Part shown: positions 1 to 8,966 of the stretch, in pieces
Position numbering within the stretch: position 1 is the stretch's first letter
How the letters are laid out: the number at the start of each line of letters is the position of its first letter
Assembly: GCA_938008535.1 (NCBI GenBank)
Contig: CALLKF010000116.1
Span: 11,376-75,375 of the forward strand
DNA length: 64,000 nt
Reading direction: 5' to 3'
Source: an uncultured Saprospirales bacterium
GTDB taxonomy: Bacteria; Bacteroidota; Bacteroidia; Chitinophagales; JADIYW01
Translations under genes and position numbers: made by a program
The notes under the pieces: model-generated
Seen by the model: only the letters and a program-made list of their open reading frames with translations
Databases searched by the model: none
What the model was told of the DNA's origin: nothing

Positions 1-302
1 ACTATTCTAATACTAATCCAGCTTTTATTGATGAAGAAGCGATGAAATATATCATATCAAAAGGAATTAACCACGTATTATTAGACACACCTAGCGTGGA
101 TAAAGAACAAGATGGCGGAAAATTATTGTCGCATCATGCATTTTGGCAATATCCTGAAAACACAAATACTTTCAGAACCATAACTGAATTAGTTTTTATC
201 AAAGATGAAATTCCTGATGGAATTTATTTGCTAAATCTACAAGTAGCTGCTTTTGAAAATGATTCTGCACCATCACGACCTGTCTTATTTCAATTAATTT
301 AA
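1..302 (+). CDS. Cyclase-family protein / putative kynurenine formamidase, C-terminal fragment (5' end outside window)
   Basis: The frame containing ORF 42..302 probably continues to the window edge. The C-terminal sequence (HAFWQYPENT..., LNLQVAAFENDSAPSRPVLF) resembles the cyclase/arylformamidase family, and the gene sits next to kynurenine-pathway genes. Confidence 0.5.
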   Translation, partial: YSNTNPAFIDEEAMKYIISKGINHVLLDTPSVDKEQDGGKLLSHHAFWQYPENTNTFRTITELVFIKDEIPDGIYLLNLQVAAFENDSAPSRPVLFQLI

Positions 303-392
303 TAAGATTAGACTTACTATTCCATTCAAAATTTAATTAGCTTAACAACTATTTTTTTTGTTTATTTGTTTTGATAATTTTTAGTAAAAAGA

Positions 393-1181
393 ATGGATTT
401 AAATCTTCAAAATAAATATGCATTAGTTTGTGGCAGCACACAAGGTATCGGCAAAGCTGTTGCAATAGAATTAGCAAAACTCGGTGCTACTATTATTTTA
501 TTGGCTCGAAATGAAGATGCATTAAAATCTACTTTGTTAGATTTAGATATTTCAAAAAATCAACAACACAAATATATTGTCGCTGATTTTTCGGATGCTG
601 AAAATCTAAAAAAAACCATTGAAACATTTTTACAAAAAAATCCACCAATTCATATTTTAATTAATAACACTGGTGGTCCAGCAGCAGGTCAAGTATCTAC
701 TGCAACTACTGATGAATTTATTGCAGCGTTCAACAACCATCTAATTTGCAATCATATTTTAGCACAAGCAATTATTCCAGGAATGAAAGCAGAAAAATAC
801 GGACGCATTATCAATATTATTTCTACTTCTGTAAAACAACCTATACCAGGTCTTGGTGTATCTAACACCATTCGTGCTGCGGTTGCAAACTGGTCGAAAA
901 CATTGGCTGGCGAAGTTGCGCAATTTGGTATCACTGTAAATAATATTTTGCCTGGTGCAACAAACACCATTCGTTTGCAAACTATTTTTGAAAACAAAGC
1001 AACCAAAACCGGAAAATCTATTGACGAAATAAAGCAAGAAATGTTAGAAGAAATTCCTGCGAAACGCTTTGCAGAACCAAATGAAATTGCCAACGCCATT
1101 GCATTTTTAGCATCCCCAGCTGCTGCTTATATTAATGGAATAAATGTTCCTGTTGATGGTGGACGAACTGCTTGTTTATAA
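393..1181 (+). CDS. SDR-family oxidoreductase, atypical active site
   Basis: Rossmann motif GSTQGIGKAVA and NNTGG are present. Aligned to FabG (NYAAAKAGLIGFSKSLAREVA vs VSNTIRAAVANWSKTLAGEVA), the catalytic Tyr/Lys positions are Ser/Arg. Confidence 0.85.
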   Translation: MDLNLQNKYALVCGSTQGIGKAVAIELAKLGATIILLARNEDALKSTLLDLDISKNQQHKYIVADFSDAENLKKTIETFLQKNPPIHILINNTGGPAAGQVSTATTDEFIAAFNNHLICNHILAQAIIPGMKAEKYGRIINIISTSVKQPIPGLGVSNTIRAAVANWSKTLAGEVAQFGITVNNILPGATNTIRLQTIFENKATKTGKSIDEIKQEMLEEIPAKRFAEPNEIANAIAFLASPAAAYINGINVPVDGGRTACL

Positions 1182-1190
1182 TAAAAAATC

Positions 1191-2639
1191 ATGTCAACTA
1201 AAATCATACATAATTATATTAACGGCGAATTAGTTGCTCCAAATTCCAATCAATATATTGATGTCATAAATCCTGCAACGGCTGAAGTGTATGCAGCATT
1301 ACCTGACTCAGATGAAACCGATGTTCAACGTGCATACGAAGCATCAGCAACTGCATTTCCAAGTTGGTCAACATACACAACAGAAAAACGTTCTCAAATT
1401 TTAGTAAAAATCGCCGATTTAATTTTAATCAATTTAGATAAATTAGCATTAGCAGAATCTATTGACAATGGCAAACCTTTACAGCTTGCTAAAACTGTTG
1501 ATATTCCACGTGCAGCAGCAAATTTTCATTTTTTCGGCACCGCTATTTTACATTTTTCCAGCGAATCACATTTCATGGAAGAAGGTGCAATCAACTATAC
1601 ACTTCGCCAACCTTTAGGTGTTGTAGGTTGCATTTCGCCTTGGAATTTGCCTTTGTATTTATTTACCTGGAAAATTGCACCAGCGTTGGCTGCTGGAAAT
1701 TGCGTAGTTGCCAAACCATCAGAAATAACACCGATGACTGCTTTCCTATTATCAGAAATTTGTATCGAAGCTGGATTGCCAAAAGGTGTTTTAAATATAG
1801 TACATGGCTACGGTAACAAAATTGGAAATGCCATTGTTTCGCATCCAAAAATAACAGCGATTTCATTTACTGGTGGCACACAAACTGGCGCAGCTATTGC
1901 AAAAATTGCTGCACCAATGTTTAAGAAATTATCTTTAGAATTAGGTGGAAAAAATCCAACGATTATTTTTGCAGATTGCGATTATGAAAAAATGATTACA
2001 ACTGTAATGCGTTCTGCATTTTCGAATCAAGGACAAATTTGTTTATGTGGTTCACGCATTTTTATTGAACGACCTTTGTACGAAAAATTTAAAAATGATT
2101 TTGTCAATAAAACAAATGAATTAATTATTGGTGATCCATTGGAAGAAAAAACAACTATTGGTGCTATTGTTTCAAAACAACATTTACAAAAAGTAATTTC
2201 TTATATCGATTTGTCAAAACAAGAAGGCGGAAAAATTATAGCTGGTGGAAATCAGGTAAAAATAAATGGCAGATGTTCGAACGGATACTTCTTAGAGCCA
2301 ACAATTATTGAAGGTTTGACTTATGATTGCAGAACCAACCAAGAAGAAATTTTTGGTCCAGTTGTAACCATTATGCCATTTGATACCGAAGAAGAAGTGT
2401 TGCAATATGCAAATAGTACTACGTATGGTTTGGCTGCTTCTGTCTGGACAGAAAATTTAAGTCGCGCTCATCGAATAGCAGAAAATATAAAAACAGGAAT
2501 TGTTTGGATTAACTGTTGGATGATTCGTGATTTACGCACACCATTTGGTGGTACAAAAAATTCTGGTGTTGGCCGTGAAGGTGGTTGGGAAGCATTACGT
2601 TTTTTTACGGAAGCAAAAAACGTTTGTATAAAATATTGA
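1191..2639 (+). CDS. NAD-dependent aldehyde dehydrogenase, candidate 2-aminomuconate-6-semialdehyde dehydrogenase
   Basis: 482 aa with ALDH motifs FTGGTQTG, ELGGKNP and GQICLCGSR (catalytic Cys). The specific substrate is inferred only from pathway context. Confidence 0.8.
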   Translation: MSTKIIHNYINGELVAPNSNQYIDVINPATAEVYAALPDSDETDVQRAYEASATAFPSWSTYTTEKRSQILVKIADLILINLDKLALAESIDNGKPLQLAKTVDIPRAAANFHFFGTAILHFSSESHFMEEGAINYTLRQPLGVVGCISPWNLPLYLFTWKIAPALAAGNCVVAKPSEITPMTAFLLSEICIEAGLPKGVLNIVHGYGNKIGNAIVSHPKITAISFTGGTQTGAAIAKIAAPMFKKLSLELGGKNPTIIFADCDYEKMITTVMRSAFSNQGQICLCGSRIFIERPLYEKFKNDFVNKTNELIIGDPLEEKTTIGAIVSKQHLQKVISYIDLSKQEGGKIIAGGNQVKINGRCSNGYFLEPTIIEGLTYDCRTNQEEIFGPVVTIMPFDTEEEVLQYANSTTYGLAASVWTENLSRAHRIAENIKTGIVWINCWMIRDLRTPFGGTKNSGVGREGGWEALRFFTEAKNVCIKY

Positions 2640-2684
2640 GTGAACGTTAAAAGTGATAAGTTATAGGTTCTACGACGAAAAAAC

Positions 2685-3083
2685 ATGAAAAATTTTATCT
2701 CAAATCTAGCATTACATCCTAAAAAAATATTTCTTTTTGATGCTATTGGAGCATTTGTAGCATCTTTATTTTTATGTTTGATTTATTTTATATTTTATAA
2801 AAACTTTGGACTGCCAAAACAAAGTATTTTATACTTAATGATTTTTGCAATTTGTTGTTGTCTATATTCGACATACTGTTACTACTTTATTCATTCAAAT
2901 CAAAATAAATATATCAAAGGCATTATCATTGCAAATATTATTTATCTTATATTTACGATAGTACAAATCGGCTATTTTTATAATTACCTAAACATATCTG
3001 GTTGGATTTATTTTTGTTTAGATATAATGATTATAAGTTTTGTAATTTTTATAGAAATAAAAACATCTAAACACTTAAAGTAG
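2685..3083 (+). CDS. Small polytopic membrane protein, unknown function
   Basis: 132 aa that is very hydrophobic, with about 4 predicted TM segments. It is embedded between the ALDH and RidA genes with short spacers. Confidence 0.55.
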   Translation: MKNFISNLALHPKKIFLFDAIGAFVASLFLCLIYFIFYKNFGLPKQSILYLMIFAICCCLYSTYCYYFIHSNQNKYIKGIIIANIIYLIFTIVQIGYFYNYLNISGWIYFCLDIMIISFVIFIEIKTSKHLK

Positions 3084-3089
3084 AAAATA

Positions 3090-3506
3090 ATGACAGAAAA
3101 TATCAGCCATTCATCAAAAGCACCAGAACCAGTTGGTGCCTATCCACATGCAAGACGCGTTGGAAATTTATTATTTCTTTCTGGTGTTGGACCACGAGAA
3201 AAAGGTACTAAAAAAATTCCTGGTGTTGAATTGGATGAACAAGGAAATATTATTTCTTATGATATTGAAACGCAATGTCATTCTGTTTTTCAAAATATAA
3301 AATATATTTTGGAAGATGCAGGTTCTGACTGGAAAAACATTGTTGACGTAACAGTTTTTTTGACAAACATGAAAGCTGATTTTAAAACATACAATCGCAT
3401 TTATGCTGAATATTTTAAAGATAATCAGCCATGCAGAACAACGATTGAAATTTTAAGCTTACCAACACCGATTGCCATTGAATTAAAAGTGATTGCTGTG
3501 ATTTAA
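3090..3506 (+). CDS. RidA/YjgF-family deaminase (candidate 2-aminomuconate deaminase)
   Basis: 138 aa with RidA-like sequence (APEPVGAYPHARRVGNLLFLSGVGP ... TTIEILSLPTPIAIELKVIAV). The role is inferred from the neighbouring genes. Confidence 0.75.
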   Translation: MTENISHSSKAPEPVGAYPHARRVGNLLFLSGVGPREKGTKKIPGVELDEQGNIISYDIETQCHSVFQNIKYILEDAGSDWKNIVDVTVFLTNMKADFKTYNRIYAEYFKDNQPCRTTIEILSLPTPIAIELKVIAVI

Positions 3507-3511
3507 AGAAG

Positions 3512-3597
3512 TAAGTTATAGGTTATAAGTTATACGATTTTCTATTTCAATATAACTAACAACTTATAGCTAATAACTAATAACCTATAACTAATAA
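3512..3597. repeat. Intergenic word-repeat palindrome (ataagttataggtt family)
   Basis: The left arm is taagttataggttataagtta. The right arm (3551-3597) contains aacctataact and aacttata, which are reverse complements of left-arm words. Confidence 0.7.
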
Positions 3598-3604
3598 CAC
3601 AAAC

Positions 3605-4114
3605 ATGAGACAACCAATAAATTTCAAAAAATGGATCGATGAAAATCGTCATTTACTAAAACCACCAGTTGGAAATAAAGTCGTTTATGAAGACACTAAT
3701 TTTATTGTAATGGTTGTCGGTGGGCCCAATTCAAGAAAAGATTTTCATTATAATGAAACTGAAGAATTTTTCTATCAGCTCGAAGGAAATATTGTAGTAA
3801 AAGTACAAGACGATGGCAAAATGGTTGAAGTTCCAATTCATGAAGGTGATATATTTTTGTTGCCGCCAAAAGTACCGCACAATCCGTGCAGACCAGCAAA
3901 CTCTATTGGTTTGGTGATGGAATATAAACGAAACGAAACTCAAAAAGATGGTTTACTTTGGTTTTGCGAACAATGCAATCACAAATTGTATGAAGAATAT
4001 TTTCCATTAGAAAATATTGCTACACAATTCCAAGGAATATTTAAAAAATTTTATGAAAGTGAAATTCTACGAACTTGTAAAAATTGTGGTCATGTAATGG
4101 AACCGCCGAAATGA
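3605..4114 (+). CDS. nbaC: 3-hydroxyanthranilate 3,4-dioxygenase
   Basis: Cupin His/Glu/His region (FHYNETEEFFYQLEG ... PPKVPHNPCR) plus a C-terminal rubredoxin-like CEQC...CKNC pair, as in bacterial HAO. Confidence 0.9.
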   Translation: MRQPINFKKWIDENRHLLKPPVGNKVVYEDTNFIVMVVGGPNSRKDFHYNETEEFFYQLEGNIVVKVQDDGKMVEVPIHEGDIFLLPPKVPHNPCRPANSIGLVMEYKRNETQKDGLLWFCEQCNHKLYEEYFPLENIATQFQGIFKKFYESEILRTCKNCGHVMEPPK

Positions 4115-5127
4115 GCATTTTAAAGATTGACATACACACACATATTCTACCTGAGAATATTCCAAATTGGAAAGAAAAATTTGGCTATGGTGGTTTTATT
4201 CAATTAGATCATTACAAACCTTGCTGCGCAAAAATGCTGCGTGATGACGGAAAGTTTTTTCGTGATATTGAAGAAAATTGCTGGTCGCCAGAAACTCGTA
4301 TACATGAATGTAATCAACATCAAGTGAATGTACAGGTGTTGTCCACTATACCAATTATGTTTAGTTATTGGACAAAACCAGATGACTGTTTATCTGTTTC
4401 ACAATTTTTAAATGACCATATTGCAAACATTGTTCAGCAATATCCAACAAAATTTATTGGTTTAGGAACTGTTCCAATGCAAGCACCTGATTTAGCTATT
4501 AAAGAATTAGAACGTAGTAAAAAAATTGGATTAGTTGGTGTACAAATTGGCTCCAATGTCAATCAAGAAAATTTAGGTGATGCAAAATTTGCGGATTTTT
4601 TTGTTGCATGCGAAGAACTGGAAATGGCAGTTTTTGTGCATCCTTGGGAAATGCTCGGTGAGCAACACATGCAGAAATATTGGCTTCCATGGTTAGTTGG
4701 AATGCCTGCGGAAATCTCACGCGCTATTAGTTCATTAATATTTTCAGGAACATTAGAACGCTTGCCAAAATTACGGATTGCATTTGCACATGGTGGTGGC
4801 TCGTTTCCATCAACCATCGGAAGAATTGATCATGGCTTTCACGCACGACCAGATTTATGTGCTATAGACAACAACGTTTCACCTAAAAATTACTTGAATA
4901 AAATCTATTATGATTCATTAGTGCACGAACCAATGATGCTGGATTATTTAGTAAAATTAGTCGGTGCCGACAGAGTCGCATTAGGTACAGATTATCCATT
5001 TCCATTAGGTGAATTAGAGCCAGGAAAATTAATTGAATCGATGAATTATGACGATACTATAAAAACAAGATTACTCTCAGGCACCGCTTTAGAATGGTTA
5101 AATTTGGATAAAAGCAAATTTTTATAA
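4111..5127 (+). CDS. Amidohydrolase-2 family, 2-amino-3-carboxymuconate-6-semialdehyde decarboxylase (ACMSD)
   Basis: The N-terminus MSILKIDIHTHILP carries the metal-binding HxH, and AFAHGGG and GTDYPFP motifs are present. The start was moved to the ATG at 4111, which gives an ATGA overlap with the HAAO stop. Confidence 0.85.
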   Translation: MSILKIDIHTHILPENIPNWKEKFGYGGFIQLDHYKPCCAKMLRDDGKFFRDIEENCWSPETRIHECNQHQVNVQVLSTIPIMFSYWTKPDDCLSVSQFLNDHIANIVQQYPTKFIGLGTVPMQAPDLAIKELERSKKIGLVGVQIGSNVNQENLGDAKFADFFVACEELEMAVFVHPWEMLGEQHMQKYWLPWLVGMPAEISRAISSLIFSGTLERLPKLRIAFAHGGGSFPSTIGRIDHGFHARPDLCAIDNNVSPKNYLNKIYYDSLVHEPMMLDYLVKLVGADRVALGTDYPFPLGELEPGKLIESMNYDDTIKTRLLSGTALEWLNLDKSKFL

Positions 5128-5147
5128 AAATTGATTTTAAAATAAAA

Positions 5148-6428
5148 ATGAATTCAGAAAAAATAATTTATCAAAACAATGAAGCATTTGCACAGCAATT
5201 AGATAACGCTGATGCATTAGCAAAATATCGAAATCAGTTTCATTTTCCAAAAGATAATACTGGAAATACATTACTTTATTTTTGTGGAAATTCTCTTGGC
5301 TTGCAACCTAAAAATGTTCGTGCTTATATTGAGCAGGAATTGTTAGATTGGGAAAACTTAGGCGTTGAAGGACATTTTCATGCAAAGCATCCGTGGATGC
5401 CATATCATGAATTTTTGACTGAAAAAATGGCAAACATCGTTGGTGCAAAACCTATTGAAGTAGTCGTGATGAATACATTGACAGTGAACTTGCATTTAAT
5501 GATGGTTTCTTTTTATCGACCAACAAAAACCAAATATAAAATCGTTATTGAAAAAAATGCGTTTCCGTCAGACCAATATGCAGTGCAATCGCAAATAAAT
5601 TTTCATGGATTTGATTGTAAAGATGCTTTATTTGAATTAACACCACGCGAAAATGAAGATATTATTTTTACAGAAGATATTGAAAAAGTAATTGCAGAAC
5701 AAGGCGATTCTATTGCATTAATTATGTTAGGTGGTGTGAACTATTACACTGGACAAGCATTCGATATGGAACGCATTACAGAAGTTGCACATCAAAAAAA
5801 CATAGTTGTTGGTTTTGACCTGGCACATGCTGCTGGAAATTTATTATTACAATTACATGACTGGAATGTGGACTTCGCAGTGTGGTGCAGTTATAAATAT
5901 TTAAACAGTGGTCCAGGTGGAATTGCTGGTTGTTTTGTGCATGAAAAACATGCAACAGATAAATCAATACCGCGCTTTGCAGGTTGGTGGTCGAATGATA
6001 AACAAAAACGATTTTTAATGCAACCAGAATTTAATGCAATCGATGGCGCAGAAGGTTGGCAGCTCAGCAATCCTTCTATTTTAGCAATGGCAAGCTTGCG
6101 CGCTTCGCTTGATATATTTGATGAAGTTGGAATGAAAAAATTATCTGAGAAAAGCAATCAACTAACTACTTATTTAGAATTTTTAATTAATGAACTAAAA
6201 AATGATGATATAGAAATTATCACACCAAAAGATACTAAGCAACGTGGTGCACAACTATCTATCAGAATAAAAAATAGCAACAAAAATTTCTTTCATCAAC
6301 TAACAGCAACTGGTGTTGTTTGCGATTGGCGCGAACCTGATGTAATTCGTTTAGCGCCAGTTCCTTTATACAATTCATTTTTAGATGTGTATCAGTTTGT
6401 TCAAAAATTAAAATTGGTGTTATCATGA
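5148..6428 (+). CDS. kynU: Kynureninase
   Basis: 426 aa PLP enzyme with the SYKYLNSGPGG lysine motif and FAGWW, typical of kynureninase. Confidence 0.9.
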   Translation: MNSEKIIYQNNEAFAQQLDNADALAKYRNQFHFPKDNTGNTLLYFCGNSLGLQPKNVRAYIEQELLDWENLGVEGHFHAKHPWMPYHEFLTEKMANIVGAKPIEVVVMNTLTVNLHLMMVSFYRPTKTKYKIVIEKNAFPSDQYAVQSQINFHGFDCKDALFELTPRENEDIIFTEDIEKVIAEQGDSIALIMLGGVNYYTGQAFDMERITEVAHQKNIVVGFDLAHAAGNLLLQLHDWNVDFAVWCSYKYLNSGPGGIAGCFVHEKHATDKSIPRFAGWWSNDKQKRFLMQPEFNAIDGAEGWQLSNPSILAMASLRASLDIFDEVGMKKLSEKSNQLTTYLEFLINELKNDDIEIITPKDTKQRGAQLSIRIKNSNKNFFHQLTATGVVCDWREPDVIRLAPVPLYNSFLDVYQFVQKLKLVLS

Positions 6429-7807
6429 GTCAAAAAATAATTATTGTTGGTGCAGGTTTAACTGGTTCATTGCTATCTATCTTTTTAGCACGACGTGGTT
6501 TCAACGTTGAAATTTATGAGCGTCGTGCAGATATGCGAACAGCCAATATCAGCGCAGGAAAATCAATCAATTTGGCATTGTCTGTTCGTGGTATTCATGC
6601 ACTCAAACAAGTTGGTTTGGATGCAGCAATTTTGAAACACGCTATTCCGATGTTAGGAAGAATGATTCATTTAGAAAATGGCGAAACGAGTTTACAACCT
6701 TACGGAAAAAATGAAAACGAATACATCAATTCTGTCTCTCGAAAAGACCTGAATGTAGTATTAATGAATGAAGCGGAAAAATTTCCGAATGTTACTTTTC
6801 ATTTTAATATGCGCTGTACTGGAATGAATTTACAAAATGGCGAGGCAACATTTTTCAATGAGCTTACTCAAACAAATCATTCTGTTATTGGTGATACGGT
6901 GATTGGTTCTGATGGTTCTGCTTCAGCTATTCGCATGGAATTTTTAAAATCTGGATTTTTTAATTTCTCACAACAATATGAAAATTATGGTTATAAAGAA
7001 TTAACGATTCCAGCATCTGAAAATAAAGGTTTTCGTATTGAAAAAAATGCGCTACATATTTGGCCTCGTGGTTCGTACATGATGATTGCATTGCCAAATG
7101 AAGATGGTGATTTTACTTGCACATTATTCATGCCTTTTAAAGATGGAAATAAAAATCTTTCTCAATTAAAAACAAAAGAAAATGTAACCGAATTTTTCAA
7201 TGAAGTGTTTGCAGATGCTGTGCCAAACATGCCAACTTTGTTAGATGATTTTTTTGCAAATCCAACAGGAAATTTATTGACTGTAAAATGTTTTCCATGG
7301 CATATAAACGACAAAGCCATTTTATTAGGTGATGCTGCACATGCCGTTGTTCCGTTCTTCGGACAAGGCATGAATTGTTGTTTTGAAGATTGTTATAATT
7401 TTGATTTATTAGTAGAAAAACATGGAAATAATTGGTTAACTATTTTTGAAGAATTTGGAAAATTGCGAAAAGAAAATACAGATGCGATTGCAGATTTAGC
7501 CGTAGAAAATTTTGTAGAAATGCGCGATTTGGTTGCCAATCCAACTTTTATGCTTAAGAAAAAAGCCGATGTTTTATTGGAAGAAAAATTTCCTGACTAT
7601 TTTATTTCAAAATATGCAATGGTTACTTTTCATCGTTTGCCATATGCAGTTGCTAAACAACGCGGACAAATACAAGATAAAATCTTGATGGAATTGTGCA
7701 GTAAAATAACTACTATTGAAGAATTGAATTTAGAGAATGCGATTTCAAAAATAAAAGATGAATTTAGAAGAAATGAAATCAAAGAAAAGATTGAGTTAAA
7801 TGATTAA
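6425..7807 (+). CDS. kmo: Kynurenine 3-monooxygenase (FAD-dependent)
   Basis: N-terminal FAD fold IIIVGAGLTGSLLSIFLARRG, a GDAAHAVVPFFGQGMN motif, and an ATGA overlap with the kynU stop. Confidence 0.9.
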   Translation: MSQKIIIVGAGLTGSLLSIFLARRGFNVEIYERRADMRTANISAGKSINLALSVRGIHALKQVGLDAAILKHAIPMLGRMIHLENGETSLQPYGKNENEYINSVSRKDLNVVLMNEAEKFPNVTFHFNMRCTGMNLQNGEATFFNELTQTNHSVIGDTVIGSDGSASAIRMEFLKSGFFNFSQQYENYGYKELTIPASENKGFRIEKNALHIWPRGSYMMIALPNEDGDFTCTLFMPFKDGNKNLSQLKTKENVTEFFNEVFADAVPNMPTLLDDFFANPTGNLLTVKCFPWHINDKAILLGDAAHAVVPFFGQGMNCCFEDCYNFDLLVEKHGNNWLTIFEEFGKLRKENTDAIADLAVENFVEMRDLVANPTFMLKKKADVLLEEKFPDYFISKYAMVTFHRLPYAVAKQRGQIQDKILMELCSKITTIEELNLENAISKIKDEFRRNEIKEKIELND

Positions 7808-7817
7808 AATAAAAAAA

Positions 7818-8234
7818 ATGCGATATTTTATCTTGCTACTTTCTCTGGCTTTATCTTTTGTAAATAATAATGCTTACAGTCAAGGTAAAACAGAAAGCGA
7901 TTTGAAAATCATGATAGATGATATTATCTTCAATCATTTAAAATATAAACCGACTAATGATAGTTTTAGTGTTTCAAAGCGAATAATCATAAACGATTAT
8001 ATCGATCCAAATCCATATCCACTAATTGCATTAAATGGAGTTCCAATTCATCCAGACAGTATCTATTATACATTGAATAAAATATCAATGAAAGATGTGT
8101 ACTTTGTAAAAATTTTATTAAAAAAGAATGCTACGGTTATGTATGGTTCAAAAGGTATAAATGGTATAATTCTAATATCAACAGAAATATCATCCAATCA
8201 AAAATCATCAAAGAAAAAAAGAAAGAACAAATAA
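7818..8234 (+). CDS. Small secreted protein with a TonB-receptor-plug-like C-terminal motif
   Basis: Signal-like N-terminus MRYFILLLSLALSFVNNNAYSQ. The C-terminus ATVMYGSKGINGIILIST resembles the plug-domain motif and is followed by a Lys-rich tail. The start was chosen downstream of the KMO stop. Confidence 0.45.
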   Translation: MRYFILLLSLALSFVNNNAYSQGKTESDLKIMIDDIIFNHLKYKPTNDSFSVSKRIIINDYIDPNPYPLIALNGVPIHPDSIYYTLNKISMKDVYFVKILLKKNATVMYGSKGINGIILISTEISSNQKSSKKKRKNK

Positions 8235-8240
8235 AAAAAA

Positions 8241-8621
8241 ATGAAAGACTACAAAAAATATTACATCATTAACGAAACACCAGACCAAGTGTATATTGCA
8301 TTAACAAATCCTGTTACTTTAGAGCTTTGGACTGGTGAAGAAGCAGTAATGAGTACAGAACCAGGCACGGAATTTTCTTTATGGAATGGCGACATCGTTG
8401 GAAAGAATTTAGAATTTGTGGATGGTAAGAAAATAGTTCAGGAATGGTATTTCGGCGAGCAAGAACCTGCATCTATTGTAACTATTATTTTGCATGAAGA
8501 CAAACAGCGAACTTCTGCAGAATTACGACAAACAAACATTCCTGATGAAGATTACGATGACATTGTAAATGGCTGGAATGATAGTTATTTCGGTGCTTTA
8601 CAAGCATTTTATGATATTTAA
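8241..8621 (+). CDS. SRPBCC / Aha1-like domain protein
   Basis: 126 aa; the sequence pattern (LTNPVTLELWTGEEAVM..., FSLWNGDIVGKNLEF...) resembles the AHSA1/SRPBCC family. Confidence 0.65.
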   Translation: MKDYKKYYIINETPDQVYIALTNPVTLELWTGEEAVMSTEPGTEFSLWNGDIVGKNLEFVDGKKIVQEWYFGEQEPASIVTIILHEDKQRTSAELRQTNIPDEDYDDIVNGWNDSYFGALQAFYDI

Positions 8622-8632
8622 ATAAAATAAAA

Positions 8633-8887
8633 ATGCAAGAAGAACCAATAGGTTTTAATCCAAAAATATTAGAAGAATTGGTCACTTTTAAAATGCCGTT
8701 TGGAAAATACAAAGACACCATCATTTGTGACATTCCATCATTTTATTTAGAATGGTTTATTCATCGCGGAAAATTACCAGACGGAAAACTCGGAATGTTA
8801 TTATCAACTATGTACGAAATAAAAACGAATGGTTTAGATGATTTACTAAAACCACTTAAAGCAAAAAACAGTAAATATAACAAATGA
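8633..8887 (+). CDS. DUF3820-like small protein
   Basis: 84 aa; MPFGKYKDTIICDIPSFYLEWF resembles the conserved core of the DUF3820 family, recognised from memory. Confidence 0.5.
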   Translation: MQEEPIGFNPKILEELVTFKMPFGKYKDTIICDIPSFYLEWFIHRGKLPDGKLGMLLSTMYEIKTNGLDDLLKPLKAKNSKYNK

Positions 8888-8966
8888 AACATCTACTTAA
8901 ATTCTAAGTTAAATATTTAGAAAATTAGATGTTCCAAATGCACCTATAAAACAATAAATATATCAG

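Noticed and set aside
752-1099. Antisense ORFs nested in confirmed genes. Examples: 752..1099, 759..1037, 1663..1866, 4563..4817, 10262..10585, 13996..14427, 16728..16955, 17292..17567, 28383..28613, 28800..29141, 36302..36682, 43022..43423, 43074..43394, 47159..47563, 50086..50421, 53876..54277, 62377..62652.
   Set aside because: Each lies entirely within a longer ORF on the opposite strand (or another frame) that has clear family motifs. They have no motifs or start context of their own and are typical shadow ORFs.
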